64,000 nucleotides of DNA from a bacterium (GTDB taxonomy: Bacteria; UBA8248): assembly GCA_963692865.2 (NCBI GenBank), contig OY843592.1, positions 2,592,001 through 2,656,000 on the forward strand, given 5' to 3'. This document shows, piece after piece, positions 1-10,265 of this stretch. The first letter of the stretch is position 1, and every line of letters begins with the position of its first letter. The notes under the pieces were generated by a model. The model worked only from the letters and a program-made list of their open reading frames with translations, ran no database searches and had not been told where the DNA came from. Made by a program: the position numbers and the translations under genes.

Positions 1-1111
1 CCAGAACGAGCAAAATGAAAATCACCAAAGCCGTTCCGGTAAAGTTGCCGATCACATGGCTTTGCCGGTAGATTTTCTCCAGGCTTTTGAGTTTAATGAT
101 TTGTCCCTCGCTCAACCGTTCTCCCTCGCGAACAATCATCTCCCCTTGCTTGAGAACCTCGGAGACAGGAGGAACGGCGGCCGCGACCTTTTCCCGGCTC
201 TCGAGCGTCGCCCTGTTATTGAAAGTCAACGTCGGCTGAACCATCTTCAATACTTGGGAGACCAGCAAATCACCAATGCGCCGAGGAATTCCGAGGGGCA
301 CCTTTCGGGCTTCTCGCTTGAGTAATTCATCGACCTGTCTGAGTTCCAGGGGGTTCATGGACGGGCTGAGTGAAACGCGATTTCCCGTTCTGATGTCGCG
401 CGCCGTAATCCCCTTCTCCGCATGGGTGGCGTACAATCTTTTATCGCTCACTATTTGGTGGGAATATGCCACCCGCAACAGCTTGGCGATAACCTCTCGA
501 ATCCAGTTTGCGAATCTCTCATCTCTCAGCCATGCCGCCAGTTCCTTTGGAACCGCGCCACCCACCAACCCATGGAACGCGCTCTCCGCTTTGATGAAGG
601 CAGTGGTAGCGTACATTTCCCGGTAAGCTTCCGACTCGGATAAAAGCGTCCGGCTCTTCTGCTTGGCCAGTTTTTTCAATTGCTCGGCTTTTACCCTCTC
701 GATCTCTTTGTCCACCGTTCGTTGAATGGATTCAAAAGCGCCATTCAGCCTGGCAAGGACGACCTGCGAAAGTTGGGTATCGATATCGTAACGCGGCAGG
801 ACTTTTTCTCTGGCTGCTTGGCGTTTCGCATTTGTTGCGATGGGGTCGACCACGCGCATATCCTGAGGGGCTTTGATATCCCTGGGGACGATATCGCCCA
901 CCTCAAAGGAAACGCGAGGCGCCGAAAGATCCGTTGTGAGCAGAAATGAGAGGACGACGGCGAGCGTTCCACCCAAAATCCATGGATAGGTACTTGTCTT
1001 GGTAAACGCCAAAACAAAATTCGCGATCGGGCGTCCCACCGACGCCAGCAGACGTAAAAAAATATTTTGGGGTTTCCCGGCAGATTTTCCGACGCCGGCT
1101 CGATGGATCAC
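1..1111 (-). CDS. 7TM-HD family membrane phosphohydrolase (PgpH-like), N-terminal part; runs off the window edge
   Basis: Absent from the ORF track because it has no stop in the window. Manual translation gives GGAGG then GTG at 1111, a TM segment, VGDIVPRDIKAPQD and QPTLTFN...LKQGEMIVREGERL, typical of the 7TMR-HD extracellular domain. Usual position downstream of phoH. Confidence 0.8.
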   Translation of the reverse strand, partial: MIHRAGVGKSAGKPQNIFLRLLASVGRPIANFVLAFTKTSTYPWILGGTLAVVLSFLLTTDLSAPRVSFEVGDIVPRDIKAPQDMRVVDPIATNAKRQAAREKVLPRYDIDTQLSQVVLARLNGAFESIQRTVDKEIERVKAEQLKKLAKQKSRTLLSESEAYREMYATTAFIKAESAFHGLVGGAVPKELAAWLRDERFANWIREVIAKLLRVAYSHQIVSDKRLYATHAEKGITARDIRTGNRVSLSPSMNPLELRQVDELLKREARKVPLGIPRRIGDLLVSQVLKMVQPTLTFNNRATLESREKVAAAVPPVSEVLKQGEMIVREGERLSEGQIIKLKSLEKIYRQSHVIGNFTGTALVIFILLVL

Positions 1112-1209
1112 GCGATCAACCTCCAGAATCCTTCAATGATGAAGGGATTGTGGACGTATCGGCTATATGAGCACGCCCGCGGCTATATAAGCACTCTTAT
1201 AGAGTTCGC

Positions 1210-2166
1210 TTATAGACTGTGGGCCTCGTATGCAGAAACGATTTTTCTCACCAAGTGCGTGCGAACCACATCTCGCTCACTGAAATAGACGAAACAAACT
1301 TCTTCTAAATCTCCCAGGACGTCTTGCGCATGAACCATCCCGCACCCGGAGGTTTCGGGCAAATCGATTTGGGTGATGTCCCCCGTTACAACCGCCTTGC
1401 TCCGGGTACCGAGACGGGTGAGGAACATTTTCATCTGCTCGGGCGTCGTGTTCTGCGCCTCGTCCAATATAATAAAAGAATCATTCAACGAGCGACCCCT
1501 CATATATGCGAGCGGCGCTATCTCTATCTCACCTCTTTGAATGAAACGCTCTACCCGCTCAAACTCCACCATATCGTTCAGAGCGTCAAACAGCGGCCTG
1601 AGATACGGATTCACCTTCTCCTGCAAATCACCGGGCAAAAATCCGAGTTTCTCGCCGGCTTCCACCACGGGCCTCGTCAACACGATGCGAGCGTATGCCC
1701 TCTCCAGTAATCCGGAAACGGCCATGGCCATGGCCAGATAAGTTTTCCCCGTTCCGGCTGGTCCGATCCCGAATGTTACTCCCTTTTCTCGAATCGCCTT
1801 GATATATTCGCTTTGAACCGGGCTCTTGGGAACGACGTATCGCTTCTTCGATGAAACCGAGATTCGATTCGTCACCAAAGAACGAAGCGTAACGTCTTGT
1901 TCCATCGCAACGGTCTGGGCCAGTGTTCTGACGTTCAAAGGGTCGAACCGAAACCCCTCGTCCACGCATTCCGTCAACTCGTCAAGGAACAATCCGGCCT
2001 TCTCGGCGGCGTCGGGCGGGCCTTCCACCACGAACCCCTCTGATGCAATTCTGATTTTTACGTCAAACGCCCTCTCCACGGCCTTGAGGGATTCATCCCG
2101 ATTACCAATAATATGAACCAACCTATCGGGCCCGGCCAGCGGGCTCGCAGACATCCTTGTCGCCAA
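1210..2166 (-). CDS. phoH: PhoH family ATPase
   Basis: GPAGTGKTYLA, RPVVEAGEKLGFLPGD, RGRSL and DEAQN motifs. Confidence 0.95.
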   Translation of the reverse strand: MATRMSASPLAGPDRLVHIIGNRDESLKAVERAFDVKIRIASEGFVVEGPPDAAEKAGLFLDELTECVDEGFRFDPLNVRTLAQTVAMEQDVTLRSLVTNRISVSSKKRYVVPKSPVQSEYIKAIREKGVTFGIGPAGTGKTYLAMAMAVSGLLERAYARIVLTRPVVEAGEKLGFLPGDLQEKVNPYLRPLFDALNDMVEFERVERFIQRGEIEIAPLAYMRGRSLNDSFIILDEAQNTTPEQMKMFLTRLGTRSKAVVTGDITQIDLPETSGCGMVHAQDVLGDLEEVCFVYFSERDVVRTHLVRKIVSAYEAHSL

Positions 2167-2295
2167 AAGATTCAGGCTCCCCGTATCTACATGGATCGGC
2201 TTTTCAAAATCGAAGTCCCATGCGCCGTTAAATCGTACGCCCCAGAATTTCAGGCGTCAACAAAAGAACTTTATTTTTGTTTCGCTTTTTATTTC

Positions 2296-3249
2296 CTACC
2301 CTCTCGGATGGCTCTTGTCCAAGAGTCCCCGCAGTTTTTGTCTGTCTACATGCGTGTAAACCTCTGTGGTCGAAATATCCGAATGTCCGAGCATCGCCTG
2401 GACGGCCCGCAGGTCGGCCCCGTGATTGAGCAAGTGGGTCGCAAAGCTGTGTCGAAACACATGAGGGCTCACGCCTTTTCCCACGCCCGCTTCCTTTGCC
2501 CATCTCTTGACCCTCGCCCAAAAAGCCTGACGGGTCATAGGCTCTCCCCGGCCCGTAATGAATACATAATCCGATTTCCGGGCGCGCAGTAGACTCAGCC
2601 GGGCGGTATCAAGATAATCCATAAGCATATTTTTAGCCGCATCTCCCATGGGGACGAGCCGCGATTTATCTCCCTTTCCATGAACGATGCAAAAACCCGA
2701 TTCAAGTTCAATTTGGTTGAGCTTGAGTCGAATGATCTCACTGGCGCGCATACCGGTGGCGTACAAAAGCTCAAGCATGGCCCTGTCCCGAATCGCCTGC
2801 GGCGTTTTGCCGTCGGGAGCCGACAAAATTTTGGACATATCTTCTTGCGAAAGCGTCTTGGGCAAACGCTTCCACTTTGAAGGCTGCGCAATATCCGCTG
2901 TAAAATCCTCCTTGACGTAACCATCTCTGAGCAACAACTTGGCAAGCGCGCGAATGGACGCCAAGTGCCGACGCAGCGTGGTGTCCGATTTCCCCTTCTC
3001 CCGCTTCTCTTTCAAATAACCGATGATGGTGTTCTTCGACCAGTTCATCGGCGAAACCTCCCCGTTTTCCTGCAGCCAAAAGAAAAGTGATTCGATGTCA
3101 CGCCCGTAACTCTCCACGGTATTCACCGCACGGCGACGCTCAATCAGAAGAAAATCCTTGAAAGTCCTCAAAATGCCGATCAGGCGCGCATCCAGCGAAA
3201 CCCCGTTATTCTTTTCGTTCCCTTCAGCCGAAAATTTTTCCTTCGTCAT
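2296..3249 (-). CDS. xerD: Site-specific tyrosine recombinase XerD
   Basis: RDRAMLELLYATGMR, HVFRHSFATHLLNHGADLRAVQAMLGHSDISTTEVY. Confidence 0.9.
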   Translation of the reverse strand: MTKEKFSAEGNEKNNGVSLDARLIGILRTFKDFLLIERRRAVNTVESYGRDIESLFFWLQENGEVSPMNWSKNTIIGYLKEKREKGKSDTTLRRHLASIRALAKLLLRDGYVKEDFTADIAQPSKWKRLPKTLSQEDMSKILSAPDGKTPQAIRDRAMLELLYATGMRASEIIRLKLNQIELESGFCIVHGKGDKSRLVPMGDAAKNMLMDYLDTARLSLLRARKSDYVFITGRGEPMTRQAFWARVKRWAKEAGVGKGVSPHVFRHSFATHLLNHGADLRAVQAMLGHSDISTTEVYTHVDRQKLRGLLDKSHPRG

Positions 3250-4949
3250 CGTCCGGCCCTCATCGCCCAGGACTTTCCCCGTGAGAAGCGGGTAAAGTGA
3301 CGCCAGGATGCGTAGGAGGAAGCATCGATTCTTTTCGCCATGAAAATATAAAACCCCGCGCCGAGAGACACCTCAAACGTCACCAACAACAACTTCAGCA
3401 CGGATGCTCCCTGCGAATCCCACAATTGAAGATGGACAAGCGGGAGGTGAACGAAATACGTGATCAATCCCGTCAAGACGCCAAGCGCGAGAAGCCTGCC
3501 CAGGGAATGGGTCAACTCTTTTTTGGGGAAATCGCTCCACTCCCGCATCAGTCCCCGCAACAACAATCCCGCATTCAATGCGCTCGAACACGACGTGGCA
3601 AGCGCGAGACCCACGAACCCGAAGGGAAACATCAAGGCGACGCTGAGCGCCACGTTCGCGAGAACGGCGAGGTTTGCGCATCGCATCGGGAAGCTCGTGT
3701 TCAAGCGGGAGTGAAAGGTTCCCGCCAAAAGTCTCGTGACTCCGAAAAACATCAACCCCGCCGCATACGCCCGCAGGGCGGCTGCGGCCGCGGCAGTATG
3801 GTTTTCCGTAAAGGCGCCCCGCTCAAAAATAACTTCCATGATCGGATGGGCGAGGGCGATCAGGCCGAATGTGGCGGGAATGGTGATGAACAGGGTCAGA
3901 CGCCCCGCCTCAAGCATGGCGTTTCGCTCGGAACCGCCGGACTTGGCATTCCCTCTGTTTTTCGCCGCATAGTCGGACAAAACCGGCAAAACGGCGGACA
4001 CCACCGCGAGGCTCAAAATGCCGTGAGGAAGTTGAACCACCCGGTTCGCGTAGTAGAGATAGGAAATGGAGCCTTCGGCCAGGAACGAGGCCAGCCATCG
4101 ATCAACGAGAACATTGACATGAAAAACAACGCCTCCAAAAGCCGCCGGCCCCATCAGCGTCAAGCATCTGCCGACGCCCTCCGTCCGCCACGGAATAGAG
4201 GGAAGCGGTAAAATCCGCAACTTCCCCATAAAAGGGAGTTGGAAGAAAAACTGCGCGGCTCCGCCGATTACGACGGCCCACGCGAGCCAACGGATGGCTC
4301 CCGCCCTGTTTACCCAAAAATCCGCAGCCAAAAGGGCGGTGATGATAACCACGTTCTGCAGCGCGGGCGCGAAAGCGGGCACGAAAAAGCGGCGCGCCGC
4401 GTTCAACATGCCGGCCGCAACCGCCCACAAGCCGATAAAAATGATGAATGGAAACATAATCTTCGTGAGTTGCGCCGCAAGGCGCAGTTTCTCCGGGTTG
4501 CTCGAAAAACCGGGCGCCAGCGCTCTCATCAAAGGTTCCGCGAACCAAATCCCAATCGCACAGCCCGCGCTCCCCGCAAAGATGAGAAACACCAACATGC
4601 CGCCGGCGAACCTCCGGGCCTGCCTGACTCCGGACCGCTCGCGAACATCGGAGTAGACGGGAAGAAACGAGGAACTCAACGCCCCTTCCATGAACATGCG
4701 CCTGAAGAGATTGGGAATCGCGAATGCGACGAAAAAAGCATCGGCCATCATCGCGGCGCCGAAGAATTTGGCGATGAGCAAATCACGGAAAAAACCCGCA
4801 ACCCGGCTGATGAGAGTCGCCAGACTGACGTGACCCGCAAACCTGGAAATGTTCTCCTCTGCCGGAAAATCCCTGTCTTCTTCTACCGGCGCGGCAGCAG
4901 AAACCTTTTTTTCTTGTCCTGGACGAGAGGATTCAGGTGGCGTGGTCAC
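3246..4949 (-). CDS. murJ: Lipid II flippase MurJ (MviN)
   Basis: SRVAGFFRD, PNLFRRMFMEGA, YYANRVVQLP; polytopic membrane protein. Confidence 0.93.
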   Translation of the reverse strand: MTTPPESSRPGQEKKVSAAAPVEEDRDFPAEENISRFAGHVSLATLISRVAGFFRDLLIAKFFGAAMMADAFFVAFAIPNLFRRMFMEGALSSSFLPVYSDVRERSGVRQARRFAGGMLVFLIFAGSAGCAIGIWFAEPLMRALAPGFSSNPEKLRLAAQLTKIMFPFIIFIGLWAVAAGMLNAARRFFVPAFAPALQNVVIITALLAADFWVNRAGAIRWLAWAVVIGGAAQFFFQLPFMGKLRILPLPSIPWRTEGVGRCLTLMGPAAFGGVVFHVNVLVDRWLASFLAEGSISYLYYANRVVQLPHGILSLAVVSAVLPVLSDYAAKNRGNAKSGGSERNAMLEAGRLTLFITIPATFGLIALAHPIMEVIFERGAFTENHTAAAAAALRAYAAGLMFFGVTRLLAGTFHSRLNTSFPMRCANLAVLANVALSVALMFPFGFVGLALATSCSSALNAGLLLRGLMREWSDFPKKELTHSLGRLLALGVLTGLITYFVHLPLVHLQLWDSQGASVLKLLLVTFEVSLGAGFYIFMAKRIDASSYASWRHFTRFSRGKSWAMRAGR

Positions 4950-4976
4950 TAAATTCCTGACACCGGGGCGGTGAGC

Positions 4977-5004
4977 TTGACAACCCTTTGTTCCGTGGTA
5001 TTTT
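4977..5004 (+). promoter_or_regulatory. Putative sigma70 promoter of rpsT
   Basis: TTGACA (4977-4982), 16-nt spacer ending TGG, then TATTTT (4999-5004), upstream of rpsT. Confidence 0.5.
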
Positions 5005-5067
5005 ACCGGGGCTGCGAAACAGCCTCAAGAGAAACTTTTTAACCATATTCACGGAGAAAGAAATAAA

Positions 5068-5322
5068 TTGCCTCATATCCATTCGGCCAAAAAGCGCAAT
5101 CGCCAGAACATCGTCCGCCGCGCCAGAAACCGCGCTATTCGAACGCAGTTTCGCAACACCATCAAACAGGTTTTGAATAGCGAAGAAGACCCCGGAGAGT
5201 TGCTGAAAAAAGCCCAGTCGCAATTGGACCGCGCGGCCGCCAAAGGAATTATCCACAAAAAAACGGCGTCGAGACGCGCAGGAAGACTGGCCAAGCGAGT
5301 CCATGCGGCATCTTCCAAATAG
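5068..5322 (+). CDS. rpsT: 30S ribosomal protein S20
   Basis: SAKKRNRQ...LDRAAAKGIIHKKTASRR; GGAG RBS and TTG start. Confidence 0.95.
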   Translation: MPHIHSAKKRNRQNIVRRARNRAIRTQFRNTIKQVLNSEEDPGELLKKAQSQLDRAAAKGIIHKKTASRRAGRLAKRVHAASSK

Positions 5323-6366
5323 CTAGGCAACCTTGTGCGTTCCGCTTCTTGAGGAACGCACGTCCACCAGAAACAACTCCAGCGTCTGACGAGCGACCTT
5401 CATATCGCTCGTTCGTTTGAGTTTGCGGTCCACCTGAAGCAGTTTCCGGTACAAATCGCGCAAAGAGGCGGAACGCAACCCCCTCACCTGATTCTCAAGC
5501 CTTTTCGCCACAAAGAGTGGCAAACCCAGCACCTCAGAAATACCCTGGGCGCCTCTGCCACTCCGAATCAAGGCCTTCGAAATCGTCCAACGCCGAACCA
5601 AGTTGCGCAGCAGCCCGATGAACACGACGGGGTGTTCGGTTTCCATCATCCGGCGCAAGAGAACGAGGGTTCCGCCCAAGCTCCTCTGGTTGAGCGAATC
5701 ACTCAGCTTATAGAGCAACTCCTCTTTGGAATAGCCGACTATTTCACGAATCTCCTCCGCGCCCGCGACTGTTCCCGGCATCAGATAGGAAGCGACCTTC
5801 TCGAGCTCTTTGCTGAGCCTCATCATGGAGGGTTTGACCATTTCGACCAGCATATCGGCGGCCTCCGGCCGCAACTCAAACCCCAACCTCGAGGCGCGCC
5901 CGTGAAGCCATTTCTTTAACTCCTCCCCCTCCAGGATGTCCACCCGGCAAACCACGCTCGCCTTCACGAGGCGTTGGAAGAAAACGGTGCGCCTGTCAAC
6001 GCTTTCCACGCAAAAAACCAGAACCGTGGACGCGGACGGGCGATCGAGATAAGAGAGAAAGAGGGCTTCATCCCTCTCGCCGGGCCTGGCGAAATTGAGG
6101 ATTTCGATGAGGCGCTTCTCCGCCACGAATGGCAGCGTTTGGGCAATGGTCATGATTTCGGATCCATCGGCCTCCGCCCAGTCGAAGCGGTCATGGTTGA
6201 AATCATCCGGCCCATCGCCAAAAACCTTGCGGCGAATGACGCGCAGATATTCATCCCGCAAAAAAGAGTCCTTGCCTTCCAAAAGGTATAGGGGTTGCGT
6301 CGGCGCGTTTTGCGCATCGGAGAGCGCCGCCAGGGAACTCTTCGGCTTCTTGCGGCTCGCGGCCAA
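5323..6366 (-). CDS. holA: DNA polymerase III delta subunit
   Basis: LYLLEGKDSFL, TLPFVAEKRL, ELEKV; follows lptE. Start reassigned to TTG 6366 because the ORF-track extension overlaps lptE. Confidence 0.85.
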   Translation of the reverse strand: MAASRKKPKSSLAALSDAQNAPTQPLYLLEGKDSFLRDEYLRVIRRKVFGDGPDDFNHDRFDWAEADGSEIMTIAQTLPFVAEKRLIEILNFARPGERDEALFLSYLDRPSASTVLVFCVESVDRRTVFFQRLVKASVVCRVDILEGEELKKWLHGRASRLGFELRPEAADMLVEMVKPSMMRLSKELEKVASYLMPGTVAGAEEIREIVGYSKEELLYKLSDSLNQRSLGGTLVLLRRMMETEHPVVFIGLLRNLVRRWTISKALIRSGRGAQGISEVLGLPLFVAKRLENQVRGLRSASLRDLYRKLLQVDRKLKRTSDMKVARQTLELFLVDVRSSRSGTHKVA

Positions 6367-6367
6367 G

Positions 6368-6904
6368 CTAAAAGCCCTCCAACACGAGACTGACGACGTC
6401 TTCTGACAGAGAATCGGCCACTCGTCGATTAGCGCCCGAGCGGTTCGCGTCGCTCTGCGCGATGGATGAGGAAACCGCAAATTCGGCGTATGCCTCCAAA
6501 TCCTGATTGATGAGCAATTTTTTTCGCTCCTTGTCCCGCAGCCGTATTCGCGAGCGCACAACAACGCGGTATTGCTTTGCCCTGTCGGCGCGAGTGAAAC
6601 CAATCGGAAAGAGACGATACTCGCGCAAAACACCCTCAAGCGCGATGTCGGCATCGGGAGAGTCGGAAACCCGAAGGCGACCGTCCCGCAAGAATCTTCC
6701 CCTCACCGTTTTCGTCACGACGCGGCCAAGGCCCGGTACGTCCGTCTGGTTCAGAAAGGGAGGTATCGAAATTGTGCGCGCGCCTTTCAGGTTCGCGGGG
6801 CGTCGGGTTCCCTCGAGTTCATAGCCGCAACCCGCCGCCAGAAAAACACTCAGCAAGAGGAGGAAAGCGAATCTGCGAAACACCCTCAAAAACGACTTTT
6901 TCAA
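6368..6904 (-). CDS. lptE: LptE-family lipoprotein (LPS assembly)
   Basis: Lipobox LAAGC followed by GY, IPPFLNQT; lptE-holA synteny. Confidence 0.8.
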   Translation of the reverse strand: MKKSFLRVFRRFAFLLLLSVFLAAGCGYELEGTRRPANLKGARTISIPPFLNQTDVPGLGRVVTKTVRGRFLRDGRLRVSDSPDADIALEGVLREYRLFPIGFTRADRAKQYRVVVRSRIRLRDKERKKLLINQDLEAYAEFAVSSSIAQSDANRSGANRRVADSLSEDVVSLVLEGF

Positions 6905-7455
6905 ATGAAAATCTCCACGGAGAGTTCACGATTCTTCACACGGCTAAAAGCAATTTGCTCGCTCAGCGCAATCAGCTCGTCGTATCTCTCACCATCCGGT
7001 TCGCAAACAAGAATATCGACATCCCAAGGGGTTCCGATGACACCCCGTATCGCACCGTTCATGATCTCCGTGGCCACGGGCGCGTAATCATCCGGAAGAT
7101 GCGCGAAGCCGGAAACCTGCATCGACAAATTTTTCGCCGAAGTCTTCATCATTCTGCCGAAAATTTCCTTTGCGCACCGGTAGAGCTTGGTCAGGGTCAA
7201 GTTGTCCAAAGAACCCAATCCTGCGAACAAAACATATTCAGGCGCGAGTCGTCCCTTCGTGGCCAGCATCGCTTGCGACTGCCATGCGCCGCTCAGTTTG
7301 CCCTGCTGCACCAGACGGCTCGCCTCGCTCTCCAGCAAGCGGTCGATTTCTTCCAATCGTCCTTGAAACGGAAAATCCTCCACCGCAAACATGGAAACAG
7401 CGGCGAAACTTTTTACCTCATCCAGTCTTTGGGGAAACAGGCGAAGACGTATCAC
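6901..7455 (-). CDS. Stand-alone peptidase M17 (leucyl aminopeptidase) N-terminal domain protein
   Basis: GKLSG...MLATKGRLAPEYVLFAGLG resembles the M17 N-domain; no catalytic domain present. Confidence 0.6.
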   Translation of the reverse strand: MIRLRLFPQRLDEVKSFAAVSMFAVEDFPFQGRLEEIDRLLESEASRLVQQGKLSGAWQSQAMLATKGRLAPEYVLFAGLGSLDNLTLTKLYRCAKEIFGRMMKTSAKNLSMQVSGFAHLPDDYAPVATEIMNGAIRGVIGTPWDVDILVCEPDGERYDELIALSEQIAFSRVKNRELSVEIFI

Positions 7456-7456
7456 C

Positions 7457-7870
7457 CTAGACCACCATTTTTTCTCGGTGGAGACGATCCAGGATACCGT
7501 TCACGAAACCCGGAGCATTTTCGGGTCCATATCGTTTGGCCAGGCGAATTGCTTCATCCATCGCGACAGCGGGCGGGACATCAGGAACAAAATACATTTC
7601 GCAAACGCCCAGGCGAAGAATGCTTCTCGATACGGCGTCCATGCGTTCGATCGGCCAACTCGCGCTCGCCTCGGTGAGCAAATCGTTAATTTGTCCGTCT
7701 TTTCCCAAGATGATCGACACCAATCTGTCGGCGAACATTCTTGAATTCTCATCCGCCGGATGCAAGCGCCAATAGCGCTCGACCTCCTCCGGCGAAAGAC
7801 TTCCGGTACGATCCATATGATAAAGAATTTGAAACGCGAGTTCTCGCCCCGCCTTTCTGCTCTCGGCCAT
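7457..7870 (-). CDS. nusB: Transcription antitermination factor NusB
   Basis: RELAFQILY, WPIERM, DEAIRLAKRYG, FVNGILD. Confidence 0.95.
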   Translation of the reverse strand: MAESRKAGRELAFQILYHMDRTGSLSPEEVERYWRLHPADENSRMFADRLVSIILGKDGQINDLLTEASASWPIERMDAVSRSILRLGVCEMYFVPDVPPAVAMDEAIRLAKRYGPENAPGFVNGILDRLHREKMVV

Positions 7871-8370
7871 TACTTCCCCTCTTCCAGAGCGCCGCTCCCA
7901 TCCTCATCCATTTTCGAAAAGAGATTCGCCATCTCCACGGCCGCCAGGGCGCCCTCGTACCCCTTGTTGCCCATCTTCGTTCCCGCGCGCTCGATGGCCT
8001 GCTCAATGGTATCCGTTGTGACGACGGCGAAAATGGCAGGCACCCCCGTCTGAGCGCCCACTTGGGCGATGCCCTTCGTCGCCTCGGCGCACACCAGATC
8101 GTAGTGAGAGGTAGCGCCCCGTATGACGCAGCCCAGGCATACGATGGCATCGTATTTTTGCGATTTCGCCATCCTCATCGCGGCCGCCGGAAGCTCGAAC
8201 GAACCCGGCACCTGCACGTGCGCAATATCCGGTTCGGACACGCCGCATTGGCGCAAAGCCGTCTCGGCCCCTCGCACGAGGTGCGTCACAATGAAATCGT
8301 TGAACCGGGATGAAACCAAACCTATCCGCAAACCCCGCCCGTTCAGGTCGCCTTCCACCGGATTGCCCAT
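7870..8370 (-). CDS. ribH: 6,7-dimethyl-8-ribityllumazine synthase
   Basis: [27 protein letters not shown]. Confidence 0.96.
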   Translation of the reverse strand: MGNPVEGDLNGRGLRIGLVSSRFNDFIVTHLVRGAETALRQCGVSEPDIAHVQVPGSFELPAAAMRMAKSQKYDAIVCLGCVIRGATSHYDLVCAEATKGIAQVGAQTGVPAIFAVVTTDTIEQAIERAGTKMGNKGYEGALAAVEMANLFSKMDEDGSGALEEGK

Positions 8371-8389
8371 TCCCTCTCCAAATCCCTTC

Positions 8390-9622
8390 TCATGGACGCT
8401 GCAAGTAGGATTCCTTGCCGTCCTTCCTCTTTTTTTGCAAAAACGGCAAGGAAGGCTCCATATTCACCGCCACCCTGTCTTCAAGTTCGAGGCCGTAGCC
8501 TTCGAGCGCTACAATCCGGCGCTCGTCATTCGTCATGATCCGGATCCGGCGCAAGCCCAGGTCCACGAGAATCTGGGCGCCTATGCCGTAATCGCGCAAC
8601 CCTTCGAACGGCGCGCTCTTGACCCCGATTTTCTGCTCCATCGCGCGCGCGCCGACCGCCATCTTTTCTTTTCGGGTGAATTCTTCTCCCATCGAATCGG
8701 GTTGCAAGAAAACCAACACTCCCTTGCCCGCTTCGTGAATTTTAGCCAGCGCGTTTCTGATCCTGTCCGGACAATCAGAGCGCAAAAGCGCCAACAGATC
8801 CCAGATGGCATTCACCGGCTGCACCCGGATGTGGGTGGGTTCATCCGGGTCCAATTCGCCCATCACCAGAGCGGCGTGAATCCTTCCGCTGCTTTGATTG
8901 TGGTACGCATACACCTTGAAAGTGCCGAACGCCGTCGGCAACTCGGCCTCCTCGACACGCTCCACGAGACGATCGTGCCGCATTCGATAAGCGATGAGAT
9001 CCTTGATGGTCACAAGAGACAGGTTGTTTTTTTTCGCTATTTTTCGCAGGTTCGGAAGACGCGCCATCGAGCCGTCTTCATTCAAGACCTCGCAAAGTAC
9101 GCCCGCCGGCTGAAGACCGGCCAGGCGGGACAAATCCACCGTGCCCTCCGTGTGCCCCGCTCGCCTGAGCACGCCCCCCGGCTGCGCCCGCAACGGGAAA
9201 ATGTGGCCCGGCGTCACCAGGTCCGACGGCCTGGCATCCTCTTGTATCGCGGTTTGGATGGTGTGAGCCCTGTCGAAGGCGCTGATGCCCGTCGTGACGC
9301 CTTCGCGCGCTTCTATGGAAACAGTGAAAGCCGTGCCGAAAGCGGAGCCGTTCTCGCCGCTGGGCACCATCATGGGAAGCCCCAGAGATTCCACTTTCTC
9401 GGGCGTGAGCGCGAGACAAACCAAACCGCGCGCGTGTTTCGTCATGAAGTTGATCGATTCGGGCGTTACTCTCTCGGCCGCCAGAATGAAATCGCCCTCG
9501 TTCTCGCGGTCCTCGTCATCCACGAGAATGACGATGCGACCCTCTCGAATATCGCCAATCGCCTCTTCAATCGTAGAAAAAGGAGTCTCGTCGTAATCCT
9601 TTTTCTCCCTCGGCTCAGGCAT
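8390..9622 (-). CDS. ribB: DHBP synthase fused to a degenerate GTP cyclohydrolase II-like domain (RibBA/RibBX type)
   Basis: [27 protein letters not shown] and GHTEG are intact. The C-domain has [10 protein letters not shown] but lacks the full Zn-binding Cys motif. Confidence 0.9.
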   Translation of the reverse strand: MPEPREKKDYDETPFSTIEEAIGDIREGRIVILVDDEDRENEGDFILAAERVTPESINFMTKHARGLVCLALTPEKVESLGLPMMVPSGENGSAFGTAFTVSIEAREGVTTGISAFDRAHTIQTAIQEDARPSDLVTPGHIFPLRAQPGGVLRRAGHTEGTVDLSRLAGLQPAGVLCEVLNEDGSMARLPNLRKIAKKNNLSLVTIKDLIAYRMRHDRLVERVEEAELPTAFGTFKVYAYHNQSSGRIHAALVMGELDPDEPTHIRVQPVNAIWDLLALLRSDCPDRIRNALAKIHEAGKGVLVFLQPDSMGEEFTRKEKMAVGARAMEQKIGVKSAPFEGLRDYGIGAQILVDLGLRRIRIMTNDERRIVALEGYGLELEDRVAVNMEPSLPFLQKKRKDGKESYLQRP

Positions 9623-10265
9623 AGCCTTGCTCCCTCAGTTTTTCCATCGTGATGCCGTCCTTAGACCTCGATTCCGCGTGGGGAGCGAGCAGCTTTTCCA
9701 CGTATTTCCCAATCAAATCCGCCTCCAGGTTCACGGCGCCGCCGTCCTGCTTCTCCGTAAGAGTCGTCTGCTCACTCGTATGCGGAATAATCGACACCGA
9801 AAAAGTTTCGTCATCACACGCCGCCACCGTCAAGCTGATCCCATCGACCGCGATAGAACCTTTATAAACGACATAGCGCATCACCTCCACCGGGGCTTCG
9901 AACGTGAGCCAAATCGAATCGCCCTCGTTTTTTCTGCTCCTGATCCTGCCCACGCCGTCGACGTGGCCGCTCACGAGGTGCCCGCCCAGACGTTCTCCCA
10001 GCGCCATGGCGCGCTCCAGGTTGCATCGGTCGCCGACGGCCAGTTCTCCCAAATTCGTACGCCTGAGCGTTTCGACGGACAAATCGGCCTCGAATTTTCT
10101 CTCGTCGAAATCCACCACCGTGATGCAAGCGCCGTTCAAGGCGATGGAATCGCCGATCTTCACGCCGTCCAGAACGCCCGGCGCCTCAATGGCGATTCGC
10201 GCGCCCCTGGCGTCTTTTTTCACTGAGCGAATCGCGCCGATGGTCTCGATGATTCCACTAAACAC
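9615..10265 (-). CDS. ribE: Riboflavin synthase
   Basis: MFSGII N-terminus, GDSIALNGACITV, GGHLVSGHVDG, KGSIAVDGISLTV. Confidence 0.96.
   Translation of the reverse strand: MFSGIIETIGAIRSVKKDARGARIAIEAPGVLDGVKIGDSIALNGACITVVDFDERKFEADLSVETLRRTNLGELAVGDRCNLERAMALGERLGGHLVSGHVDGVGRIRSRKNEGDSIWLTFEAPVEVMRYVVYKGSIAVDGISLTVAACDDETFSVSIIPHTSEQTTLTEKQDGGAVNLEADLIGKYVEKLLAPHAESRSKDGITMEKLREQGYA

Noticed and set aside
2296-3249. Tyrosine recombinase as an island integrase
   Set aside because: XerD signature motifs and housekeeping context; no att sites seen nearby.
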